Below are positions 1 through 8,021 of a stretch of DNA of 11,734 bases, piece after piece. Every line of letters starts with the position of its first letter. Position 1 is the first letter of the stretch. The stretch is from NCBI GenBank assembly GCA_046758365.1, contig JBHIAC010000105.1:1-11734 (forward strand), given 5' to 3'. The notes beneath the pieces are model-generated. The model did not search any database, was not told the origin of the DNA, and saw only the letters and a program-made list of their open reading frames with translations. The translations under genes and the position numbers were made by a program. The DNA is from a bacterium. GTDB lineage: Bacteria > Zhuqueibacterota > Zhuqueibacteria > Oceanimicrobiales > Oceanimicrobiaceae.

Positions 1-1010
1 CCATTGAAAACCCCCCGCGCTTTTCCATCCAGAATTCCTTTGTATAATTCATTGCTGTGACAATGAGGTTTCGCATGATCAATAAAGGTGTGATTATCTA
101 TATGCTGGGTCTCACCACCAATATAAAAACCATACAAATTGGTTTCGCAGTTTTGCCCATTTAATAATACGTTAAGATTGTTGCGGACAAGAGTTCCTCC
201 TAAATCAATATTAACAGAAGAATAAACACTGTCATTTTCCTGATGAACCTGTGTATTTGCGATGTGATAGGCTTGTTCACCCTCTTCCTGAATTTTAATA
301 TAATTAACTATGGCATTTTCTCCAATAACGACTTCAGTGACTACATTGTTGAAATAAGTATTGTTTGAAAAGTGATGATAACTCTCTATAATGTTTATTT
401 GGCTTCCTTTACCCACAACGCAAAGATTGCGCGGATGTGACACAAATGCTGATTCGCTGGAATCCGACAAATTAATTATATGAATGGGCTCTTCTACAAT
501 CATTCTTTCCGGAACGTAAATAAAAGTACCATGGTATGTGAAGGCCGTATTCAAGGCGGTAAACGATTCATTTTCAAAAGCAGCATAGCGACCCAAGTAT
601 TTGTTGACAATTTCTGGACGATATTGCAACATATTTCTTAAACTGTCAACCATTAAACCCTTTGACTTTGAATTGAATCTTGATAACTCTTTTGAAAATT
701 GCCCATTCACAAAAACCAATAAAGTTTCTTCCAAACCTTCAAAAATAAAATCATTCACTACGTTCTTCGCTAATTTGATTGGCTCTGTTTCCAGTTTAAA
801 TTTGTGTGCTAATATCGGTGCAATATTGGTATATTTCCAATCTTCGTTACGTGAAGTTGGAAATCCCATGTCAGAAAATTTGGAAATGGCCTCTTTTCGA
901 ATTTCATGAAACGGGATTTTTCTACTACCGTTTAAACTATTCTCAAACAATTCAAAATTCGCAACATACCATTTCTTGACATCAAATTTATTTATCGCAA
1001 CTTTCTCCAT
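1..1010 (-). CDS. sufD: Fe-S cluster assembly protein SufD (partial, 3' end beyond left edge)
   Basis: Translated by hand: ATG at 1010-1008, AGAGG SD-like site upstream, open to base 1. MEKVAINKFDVKKWY...GFPTSRNEDWKYT...LVFVNG...FTALNTA...SHPRNL...QHIDNHTFIDHAKPHCHSNELYKGILDGKARGVFNG carries typical SufD motifs. Directly follows sufC. Confidence 0.95.
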   Translation of the reverse strand, partial: MEKVAINKFDVKKWYVANFELFENSLNGSRKIPFHEIRKEAISKFSDMGFPTSRNEDWKYTNIAPILAHKFKLETEPIKLAKNVVNDFIFEGLEETLLVFVNGQFSKELSRFNSKSKGLMVDSLRNMLQYRPEIVNKYLGRYAAFENESFTALNTAFTYHGTFIYVPERMIVEEPIHIINLSDSSESAFVSHPRNLCVVGKGSQINIIESYHHFSNNTYFNNVVTEVVIGENAIVNYIKIQEEGEQAYHIANTQVHQENDSVYSSVNIDLGGTLVRNNLNVLLNGQNCETNLYGFYIGGETQHIDNHTFIDHAKPHCHSNELYKGILDGKARGVFN

Positions 1011-1057
1011 TGTAAATATTTACCTCTTGTTATCAAATTAAATATTGAATTCTAAAA

Positions 1058-1822
1058 TTAAGTCGCAACGGATTCTTCCACTTCTTCTTTTAGCCAATCA
1101 TAACCTACTTCTTCAAGCTTAAATGCTAACTCTTTGTCGTCAGATTTGACAATTTTACCGTCAACCAGCACGTGTACAAAATCAGGTATAATATAATTCA
1201 ATAATCTTTGATAATGGGTAACTACTACAATAGCATTCTCTTTACTTCGAAACTTATTAACCCCATTAGCAACAATTTTTAGCGCATCGATGTCTAAACC
1301 CGAATCGGTTTCATCTAAAATGGCCAATTTCGGCTCCAACACCGCCATTTGGAAAATTTCATTACGCTTTTTCTCACCCCCTGAAAACCCGTTATTAATA
1401 GCACGGCTCAAAAACTTTTCATCCATATTCACCAATTTCAACTTTTCTCTGACATGGGTAAAAAATTCCATAGCGTCCAATTTTTCCTGTCCGTTATATT
1501 CCCTGATTTCATTGAGTGCAGTTTTTAGAAAATTAGACATGCTAACTCCAGGAATCTCTACCGGATATTGAAACGCCATAAAAAGACCTTTTCTGGCACG
1601 ATCTTCCGGAGCCATTTCAAACAGATTCTTGCCTTGGTAAAGCACTTCCCCTTCAAGCACTTCATATTCTTCTCGGCCTGCCAAAACATTCGCTAATGTA
1701 CTTTTTCCAGAGCCATTGGGGCCCATGATAGCATGAACTTCACCTGCGTTTACTTCTAGATCAATACCTTTGAGTATTTCTGTTCCTTCAACGGCTACTT
1801 TTAATCCTTTTATTTTTAACAT
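1058..1822 (-). CDS. sufC: Fe-S cluster assembly ABC-type ATPase SufC
   Basis: Walker A GPNGSGKST, AFQYPVEIPGV, signature FSGGEKKRNE, Walker B LAILDETDSGLD, H-loop THYQR; lies between sufB and sufD. Confidence 0.98.
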   Translation of the reverse strand: MLKIKGLKVAVEGTEILKGIDLEVNAGEVHAIMGPNGSGKSTLANVLAGREEYEVLEGEVLYQGKNLFEMAPEDRARKGLFMAFQYPVEIPGVSMSNFLKTALNEIREYNGQEKLDAMEFFTHVREKLKLVNMDEKFLSRAINNGFSGGEKKRNEIFQMAVLEPKLAILDETDSGLDIDALKIVANGVNKFRSKENAIVVVTHYQRLLNYIIPDFVHVLVDGKIVKSDDKELAFKLEEVGYDWLKEEVEESVAT

Positions 1823-1869
1823 ATTTCTACTCTCTTGTCCTTAAAGTTATAACAATTTACATTCAAATA

Positions 1870-3315
1870 TTATCCTACACTGCCTTCCAGACTAATTGCC
1901 AGCAATTTTTGTGCTTCCACAGCAAACTCCATGGGCAATTCTTTAAAAACTTCTTTGCAATATCCATTAATGATTAACCCGATCGCATTTTCGGTATCGA
2001 TACCCCGCTGATTGCAATAAAAGATCTGATCCTCGCCAATTTTGGTGGTTGTTGCTTCGTGTTCGACTTGTGCTGATTTATTGTAGATTTCCAAGTATGG
2101 GAAAGTATGAGCACCGCATTTATCCCCAATCAAAAGTGAGTCACACTGGGAAAAATTCCTGGCGTTATCCGCCTTTTTAGCAACTTTTACTAAACCGCGA
2201 TACGAATTATTGCTATGACCAGCCGAGATTCCCTTAGAAACAATGGTGCTATTGGTATTCTTGCCCAAATGTATCATTTTCGTTCCGGTATCCGCTTGCT
2301 GGTAATTGTTGGTTAATGCAACCGAAGAAAATTCGCCAACTGAATTATCCCCTTTTAGAATCACACTGGGATATTTCCAAGTAATTGCGGAACCGGTTTC
2401 AACTTGTGTCCAAGATATTTTGGAGTTTTCTTCTAAACAGATCCCCCGCTTGGTCACGAAATTGTAGACACCACCTATACCTTTTTCATCACCAGGATAC
2501 CAATTTTGCACCGTTGAATATTTGATTTCCGCATTTTTATGAGCAATTAACTCGACAACCGCAGCATGCAATTGGTTCTCATCACGCATGGGCGCCGTAC
2601 ATCCCTCTAAATAACTTACATAGGCGCCTTCTTCAGCAATAATGAGTGTCCGTTCAAACTGGCCGGTATTGGCAGTATTAATCCGGAAATAAGTGGATAA
2701 CTCCATAGGACACCGTACGCCCTTTGGAATATAACAGAATGAACCGTCACTAAACACGGCTGAATTCATGGCTGCATAAAAATTGTCTGTAAAAGGTACA
2801 ACAGAACCAAGATACTTTTTCACTAATTCGGGATGCGTTTGAACAGCTTCTGAAAAGGAGCAAAATATTATTCCCAGTTCTTCTAATTCCTTTTGAAAGG
2901 TTGTGGCGACAGACACACTGTCCATGACTGCGTCTACCGCAACACCCGAAAGTCGTTTCTGTTCCTCTAATGAAATGCCCAATTTTTCAAAAGTCTCCCG
3001 AATCTTCGGGTCAACTTCATCTAAGCTCTTGAGTTCTTCCTTCTTTTTAGGTGCCGCATAATAATAAGCATCCTGATAATCGATTGGGGGATATTTAACA
3101 TTGGGCCATTTCGGCTCCTCCATAGTGAGCCAATGATGATAAGCTTTTAATCGCCATTCAAGCATAAATTTCGGTTCATTCTTTTTCGAAGAAATTAAAT
3201 GGATAATATCTTCATTGAGTCCTTTAGGAGCTACATCTGTTTCAATATCTGTTGTAAATCCCCATTTATATTCACTTTTAGTAAATTGTTCAATCGTTTG
3301 TAGTTCAGTACTCAT
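1870..3315 (-). CDS. sufB: Fe-S cluster assembly scaffold SufB
   Basis: 481 aa with [62 protein letters not shown] and EHEATT; GGGAGAG SD upstream; normal length, so no intein. Confidence 0.98.
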   Translation of the reverse strand: MSTELQTIEQFTKSEYKWGFTTDIETDVAPKGLNEDIIHLISSKKNEPKFMLEWRLKAYHHWLTMEEPKWPNVKYPPIDYQDAYYYAAPKKKEELKSLDEVDPKIRETFEKLGISLEEQKRLSGVAVDAVMDSVSVATTFQKELEELGIIFCSFSEAVQTHPELVKKYLGSVVPFTDNFYAAMNSAVFSDGSFCYIPKGVRCPMELSTYFRINTANTGQFERTLIIAEEGAYVSYLEGCTAPMRDENQLHAAVVELIAHKNAEIKYSTVQNWYPGDEKGIGGVYNFVTKRGICLEENSKISWTQVETGSAITWKYPSVILKGDNSVGEFSSVALTNNYQQADTGTKMIHLGKNTNSTIVSKGISAGHSNNSYRGLVKVAKKADNARNFSQCDSLLIGDKCGAHTFPYLEIYNKSAQVEHEATTTKIGEDQIFYCNQRGIDTENAIGLIINGYCKEVFKELPMEFAVEAQKLLAISLEGSVG

Positions 3316-3402
3316 ATATATCTCTCCCGGCTTAATTTATTCGCTTGAGAATATAATTAAAATTTCATTTGATCCAATTATCACAAACCATAGATTAAAA
3401 AA

Positions 3403-3729
3403 TTAAGCAGAAAAACTACTTCCACAGCCACAAGTTCTTTGCGCATTGGGGTTATTAAACGAAAACCCTGTTCCATTTAGACCGTCAGCAAAATCTAACT
3501 CAGTACCTTGTAAATATAAAGCGCTTTTAGGATCTAAAAATACTTTAATACCATTAGATTCAAAGACATTATCATCTGGACGAGGCTCTTTCTCAAAGTT
3601 TAAAACATACGATAGACCTGAGCATCCACCCCCTTTAACCCCTACACGCAAGCCTAAACACCCTCCGGGATTTTCGTGTTCCATAATTTTTTTTAATTCT
3701 GCGACTGCTTTATGTGTTAGGTTTATCAT
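3403..3729 (-). CDS. sufA: A-type Fe-S carrier protein (IscA/SufA/ErpA, HesB family)
   Basis: GGGCSG and NPNAQRTCGCGSSF motifs supply the three conserved Cys; GGAGG SD just upstream. Symbol assigned from operon context; the subfamily is not resolved. Confidence 0.93.
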   Translation of the reverse strand: MINLTHKAVAELKKIMEHENPGGCLGLRVGVKGGGCSGLSYVLNFEKEPRPDDNVFESNGIKVFLDPKSALYLQGTELDFADGLNGTGFSFNNPNAQRTCGCGSSFSA

Positions 3730-3756
3730 ATTACCTCCGTTTAAATTAAAATTACA

Positions 3757-3786
3757 ATTACAAGGTTTTTAATTACCGTTTGTCAA
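3757..3786 (-). promoter_or_regulatory. Possible internal sigma70-type promoter upstream of sufA
   Basis: Minus strand TTGACA (3786-3781), 18 nt, then TGTAAT (3762-3757), in the rrf2-sufA gap. The -10 lacks the important A at -11. Confidence 0.35.
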
Positions 3787-3815
3787 CAAGTAGAAAAGAT
3801 AGTTCTATTCCTTGC

Positions 3816-4247
3816 TTATGTAATTTTTTGTAACATTTCAATTTCGTTATTAATATCGGCTAATGAAATGCCAGATAAAAAAATCTTAAATTGCTGCTGA
3901 ATAACTCTAAAGGGATCGCTTATATTACAATTGTCCAATTGCATACAGTTACAATCCGAATCAGTCATACATCCAACGATTCCAAACGGACCTTCAATGG
4001 TTTCAACTATCTCTGCAAGGGAAATCCTATTACCAGCTTTGGCCAAGATGTAACCCCCTTTAGCGCCTTGACATGATTGTACAATTCCTTTTTGGGCTAA
4101 TCGCTGTAGAATCTTTGCCATAATCTCTGATGGAATGTTGTAGGTTATAGCAATTTCTTTTGCACTAGTAACCAATCCAGTTGGTTTATTAAACATGTGC
4201 TTTAGTGCAATGATACTATATTCTGATTTTTTTGTTAAACGTAACAT
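3816..4247 (-). CDS. Rrf2-family transcriptional regulator (IscR-like / SUF-associated), 143 aa
   Basis: Start revised from 4280 to ATG 4247 (MLRLTKKSEY): AGGA SD lies 6 nt upstream and 4280 is upstream of the predicted TSS. wHTH with wing QGAKGGYIL, ISLAEIVETIEG, and Cys cluster C93-x5-C99-x-C101-x5-C107. First gene of the suf operon. Confidence 0.93.
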   Translation of the reverse strand: MLRLTKKSEYSIIALKHMFNKPTGLVTSAKEIAITYNIPSEIMAKILQRLAQKGIVQSCQGAKGGYILAKAGNRISLAEIVETIEGPFGIVGCMTDSDCNCMQLDNCNISDPFRVIQQQFKIFLSGISLADINNEIEMLQKIT

Positions 4248-4256
4248 AACAATTCC

Positions 4257-4283
4257 TAAATACGACTTAATTAGTCGCATTTA
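4257..4283. promoter_or_regulatory. Putative Rrf2 operator, 11-5-11 inverted repeat (IscR type-1-like)
   Basis: TAAATACGACT-TAATT-AGTCGCATTTA, 10/11 arm symmetry, GACT-N5-AGTC core; lies between the -10 and the SD of the rrf2 gene. Confidence 0.75.
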
Positions 4284-4311
4284 ATATATAAAATAATATT
4301 CTTTTTGTCAA
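4283..4311 (-). promoter_or_regulatory. sigma70-type promoter of the rrf2-suf operon
   Basis: Minus strand TTGACA (4311-4306), 17 nt, then TATATT (4288-4283); predicted TSS near 4276. Confidence 0.75.
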
Positions 4312-4367
4312 GTAAAAAACTATTCTTTTTAAATAAAATTAAAATCAATTTTAATTTATAATTTTCC

Positions 4368-4396
4368 TTGATTATAATAAAATTATTTTTTATATT
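4368..4396 (+). promoter_or_regulatory. sigma70-type promoter of the sigma factor gene
   Basis: TTGATT (4368-4373), 17 nt, then TATATT (4391-4396); predicted TSS near 4403. The very AT-rich context raises the chance-match rate. Confidence 0.5.
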
Positions 4397-4401
4397 CAAA
4401 T

Positions 4402-4420
4402 GTAAGTAAATACTTACTTA
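4402..4420. promoter_or_regulatory. Dyad (putative operator) at the sigma gene TSS
   Basis: GTAAGTAAATACTTACTTA reads as perfect GTAAGTA-N2-TACTTAC (4402-4417) and as perfect TAAGTAA-N4-TTACTTA (4403-4420). Confidence 0.45.
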
Positions 4421-4478
4421 TTATTTTTAAAAAAATTGTAGTTAAATACATACATATTTTATTTGAATTGCATAAATA

Positions 4479-5357
4479 ATGAAGAAATTTCAAAAAACCT
4501 CAAAAAATAAAAAATCAATTAAGCTTGAACGAGTACAACGTTCGAGATATTATTTAGATGAAATCAGCAAAATTCCTGTGCTACCGCGGTCCGAAGAAAT
4601 GGCGTTAATCATCCGTGCCCAAAAAGGAGACCAACAGGCAGCCGAGAGGCTAATTTGTGCCAACCTGCGGTTTGTGGTACGCGTAGCCAGGGAATATCGG
4701 AATCGTGGATTACCCTTAGTTGATTTGATTAGTGAAGGTAATATTGGACTTATGCGAGCTCTAGAAACATTTGACCAGCACAAAGGAACAAAGTTTATCA
4801 CCTATGCTGTCTGGTGGATACGACAGACGATCATACAAGCATTATATAATAAAAGCCATTTGGTTCGACTGCCACAAAATCATCTACGTAAAATGAGGCA
4901 GAATTTGCGTGCAATGGAGTCGTTGGAAAAAAAATTTAATAGGCCTCCGGCTGCCGTAGAAATTGCCGAAGCCCTCGTCAACGAAGGCCATGGCTCAAAA
5001 TCTACCACGGAGTACTTACAAACCCAGCAATCCCTGGATGCACCTTTAGATCATGACTCCACTAAATCTCTTATCCACATTATTCCAGATGTCAGTACAT
5101 CACCTCCAGACGCTGATTTAAACTCAGAGTCGTTGAAAAAAGAGATGAATGTAGCTTTCAAAGTTTTGGAAAAGCGTGAAAGAAAGATTTTGCAGTTGTT
5201 GTATGGACTTGAAGGCGATCGGCCATTAAATCTTGGTGAAGTTGGTCAATTCTTTGGCGTCTCTCGGGAACGGGTGAGACAAATACGTAACGAAGCTCTC
5301 GCTAAGTTGCGTCGTTCAAAACAGGTAAAGAATACTTTACGGGGATATTTAGAGTGA
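4479..5357 (+). CDS. RNA polymerase sigma70 factor, RpoD/RpoS-like, lacking region 1.1
   Basis: Region 1.2 YLDEISKIPVLPRSEE; 2.1 LICANLRFVVRVAREY; 2.2 DLISEGNIGLMRA; 2.3-2.4 KFITYAVWWIRQ; region 3 SLDAPL; 4.2 LGEVGQFFGVSRERVRQI. 292 aa; no clear SD. Confidence 0.95.
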   Translation: MKKFQKTSKNKKSIKLERVQRSRYYLDEISKIPVLPRSEEMALIIRAQKGDQQAAERLICANLRFVVRVAREYRNRGLPLVDLISEGNIGLMRALETFDQHKGTKFITYAVWWIRQTIIQALYNKSHLVRLPQNHLRKMRQNLRAMESLEKKFNRPPAAVEIAEALVNEGHGSKSTTEYLQTQQSLDAPLDHDSTKSLIHIIPDVSTSPPDADLNSESLKKEMNVAFKVLEKRERKILQLLYGLEGDRPLNLGEVGQFFGVSRERVRQIRNEALAKLRRSKQVKNTLRGYLE

Positions 5358-5494
5358 AAACCGATTAGGGTCCTGAGCTTTTAGAAAAACCAAGTGTGCG
5401 CAGCATCGAGTCTAATCAGTACCAATTGCTCTACTATTTATTAAGTTTTTCAATTATGGTCAAAATGTTTCAGTAATAAGCCAGTTTATATTTT

Positions 5495-7264
5495 TTAATA
5501 TCTGCGAAATCTTCGATCTAATTCTTCCATAGGTAGGTTAATGACGACAGGTCTACCGTGAGGGCAAAAATAAGGTTCTTTTGTAGAAAATAACTGATCT
5601 ATGAGGGAATTCATGGCCTCTAAAGTAAGAGGATCACCAGCTTTGATGGCCGAATGGCAGGCAAAAGATTTAGCCACGTTTTCTCTAATATCGGGGTTAT
5701 CTTTTTTCCCACGCTTGTAATCATCGAGAATGTCCAATAATAATTTCTCGTCGTTGCTTATTTTTATACCAGATGGTACTCCCTCCACCACTACTGTATT
5801 CTTACCAAAAGCTTTAATAACAAACCCAATACGCTCTAAAAATGGAATCATTTCCATTAGAATAGAATAATCTTCTGCAGAAAATTCGAAAACCAAGGGA
5901 AATAGAAGCTGTTGAGAAGAGGGTTTACGCTTTTCAAAATTCTCCAGTGCTTGCTCATAGAGTATCCGTTCGTGCGCTACATGTTGATCTATTATTATCA
6001 ATCCATTTTTAATTTGTGAAATAATATATTTATTATGAATTTGCCATATATTCGTCCGTTCAAAACTTTCTCTTTTACGAGTTAAAGAGTCGTTAGATTC
6101 TAATTTTGTACGGTAAGCTTGAGTCTCTTTGTTTTCATGTGCAATGCTCCCAGGCCAAATAGGAGTTGTTGGAATATTTTGTGCAAAATCAGAGCGCATT
6201 TTACTTTGTTGACTGTCAGGTACAGTCCCTGGTGGTATATTTGCCGTAGCAAAAGGAGATAAATGGGGAATGACTTCTGTATTAGTAAGCGCTCGTTTGA
6301 TAGCTCCTCTAAGTAAGTTAAAAACTAATCCTTCATTAGCAAATTTTACTTCCATTTTAGAAGGATGAACATTTACATCCACTTGCTTTGGGTCCATTTC
6401 TAGGAAAACAATATAAGTGGGATAATATCCTCGTGGTAAAATATCTCCATAAGCAGAGACTACCGCATAATGTAAGTTTTTGTTAACAAAATATCGTTTG
6501 TTTAAAAACAGATATTGATCACCTCGAGACCGGCGCATAGTTTCCTGATTACCAACAAATCCGGTTAATTTGGCATAATCCTCATTTACAATCCGAAGTA
6601 CATTTTTTTGAATTCGTGCTCCCAGAACAGAAACGATGCGCTTTTCAAGTTCTTCTGGTTTTAATTCATAAATAATTTCTCCTTCATTGACAAAAGTAAA
6701 TCCAATTTCTGGAAAGGCTAAAAAAAATCGGTTTATCACATTTAATATCTGACGGTTTTCTGTATTCGTTGATCGAAGAAATTTACGTCGAACTGGTGTG
6801 TTGTAAAATAGATGCTTTACAGCTATCGCGGTGCCAGCATTCCCACCGGTAGCCTGAACGCTATTCATAACCCCACCTTCGATCTGCAGCAAGCTACCGG
6901 AGGGTTGACCCGTTAAAATTGACTTGGCTTCAATACGAGAAACTGATGCAATACTGGCTAACGCTTCCCCTCTAAATCCTAAAGTTTGGATATTTTCCAA
7001 ATCACTATTATTATAAATCTTGCTGGTAGCATGGCGTTGGAAAGCTAACAGTAAATCGGCTTCACTCATGCCAGTCCCGTTATCTACCACCTTAATCAAA
7101 GCTTTACCGCCATCTTTGATAATTATAGTGATTTCATCAGCACCAGCATCTATGGAATTTTCTAATAATTCTTTTACCACCGAGGCGGGTCGGTCAATAA
7201 CCTCTCCAGCAGCTATTTTATTGGCTAGATCATCTGAAAGAATTTTTATTTTATTCTTTTCCAA
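5495..7264 (-). CDS. mutL: DNA mismatch repair endonuclease MutL
   Basis: GHKL ATPase motifs IAAGEVIDRPASVVKELLENSIDAGA, DNGTGM, RHATSKI and GFRGEALASI; DVNVHPSKMEV; C-terminal DQHVAHERILYE, QQLLFP, ACHSAIK and CPHGRP. TTG start abuts the upstream TAA. Confidence 0.98.
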   Translation of the reverse strand: MEKNKIKILSDDLANKIAAGEVIDRPASVVKELLENSIDAGADEITIIIKDGGKALIKVVDNGTGMSEADLLLAFQRHATSKIYNNSDLENIQTLGFRGEALASIASVSRIEAKSILTGQPSGSLLQIEGGVMNSVQATGGNAGTAIAVKHLFYNTPVRRKFLRSTNTENRQILNVINRFFLAFPEIGFTFVNEGEIIYELKPEELEKRIVSVLGARIQKNVLRIVNEDYAKLTGFVGNQETMRRSRGDQYLFLNKRYFVNKNLHYAVVSAYGDILPRGYYPTYIVFLEMDPKQVDVNVHPSKMEVKFANEGLVFNLLRGAIKRALTNTEVIPHLSPFATANIPPGTVPDSQQSKMRSDFAQNIPTTPIWPGSIAHENKETQAYRTKLESNDSLTRKRESFERTNIWQIHNKYIISQIKNGLIIIDQHVAHERILYEQALENFEKRKPSSQQLLFPLVFEFSAEDYSILMEMIPFLERIGFVIKAFGKNTVVVEGVPSGIKISNDEKLLLDILDDYKRGKKDNPDIRENVAKSFACHSAIKAGDPLTLEAMNSLIDQLFSTKEPYFCPHGRPVVINLPMEELDRRFRRY

Positions 7265-7978
7265 TTACCATTCATCCATTTCTTTAACAAATCCATTAAC
7301 ACATAAATTATAAATATTTTCCCCATGCTTTTCAGAAGCTAAGCTTGGATCTGAGCCCATTAATCCATCTGGATAAAGTTTCGGAAAGGTTTTCTTATTG
7401 ATAAAATACTTCCCCCATATCATAGGTCGATACTCGGTTTCTCTATCTTTAACCACACCAGGATAAAGAAACATAATTTGCGATGTTTCACTAGGAGAGC
7501 CGTGGTGTCCTTCCTGTTCACCAAAATGTTCGTCTAAATAATTTTTAACCCCTTCGGCTTCCCACCAGCTTCGGAATTTGATTTTCATGTCTAAGAGTTC
7601 ATTCCCTACTTCTGAGAGCATGGCCTCCACGGTGTTTCGGTTGCCTCCATGTCCATTAAGAATAAGCACCCTTTTGAAGCCACCCTGTTGAAAGGACCAA
7701 AGCAAATCGCGAAAAAAAGGAATCATCGTTGATGGACGTAAGGTAACACTACCTTTAAATTCCATGTGGTGAATGGACATGCCGTAAGCCATAGTTGGCG
7801 CCACAATGGTTCCCGTCCTCTCAGCCACTTCTTTAGCAATGGCTTCCGGAATTAGATGGTCTGTGCCGAAAACCGCTCTTGGCCCATGCTGTTCCGTACT
7901 GCCCAATGGTAGAATGATACGATCATCTCGTTTTAAATATTCTTCAATGTCTGGCCAAGTTAAAAATTTAAGCTGCAT
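7265..7978 (-). CDS. Creatininase-family (creatinine amidohydrolase/MftE/ArfB-like) metallo-amidohydrolase
   Basis: LPLGSTEQHGP...GTD, YGMSIHHMEFKGSVTL, ILNGHGGN and HGSPSETS supply the E/H/D/H/E metal ligands of the family. Confidence 0.92.
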   Translation of the reverse strand: MQLKFLTWPDIEEYLKRDDRIILPLGSTEQHGPRAVFGTDHLIPEAIAKEVAERTGTIVAPTMAYGMSIHHMEFKGSVTLRPSTMIPFFRDLLWSFQQGGFKRVLILNGHGGNRNTVEAMLSEVGNELLDMKIKFRSWWEAEGVKNYLDEHFGEQEGHHGSPSETSQIMFLYPGVVKDRETEYRPMIWGKYFINKKTFPKLYPDGLMGSDPSLASEKHGENIYNLCVNGFVKEMDEW

Positions 7979-8021
7979 TTTATACCTTTTAATATTATTA
8001 ATAATTTAGTCAAATGCAAGT

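Noticed and set aside
601..909. 102-aa plus-strand ORF
   Set aside because: Antisense shadow of sufD, which the ORF track missed because it is truncated by the window edge.
1870..3315. SufB intein
   Set aside because: The protein has normal length and continuous motifs, with no insertion.
4248..4280. Longer Rrf2 start at 4280
   Set aside because: It lies inside the operator and upstream of the predicted TSS; ATG 4247 has an SD and a typical Rrf2 N-terminus.
4356..4377. TTATAAT-N8-ATTATAA resembling PerR half-sites
   Set aside because: The PerR box has 1-nt spacing, and the region is about 89% AT, so a chance match is likely.
5355..5384. Selenocysteine-type readthrough of the sigma TGA followed by a hairpin
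   Set aside because: The sigma domains are already complete, and an in-frame TAG follows after 8 codons.
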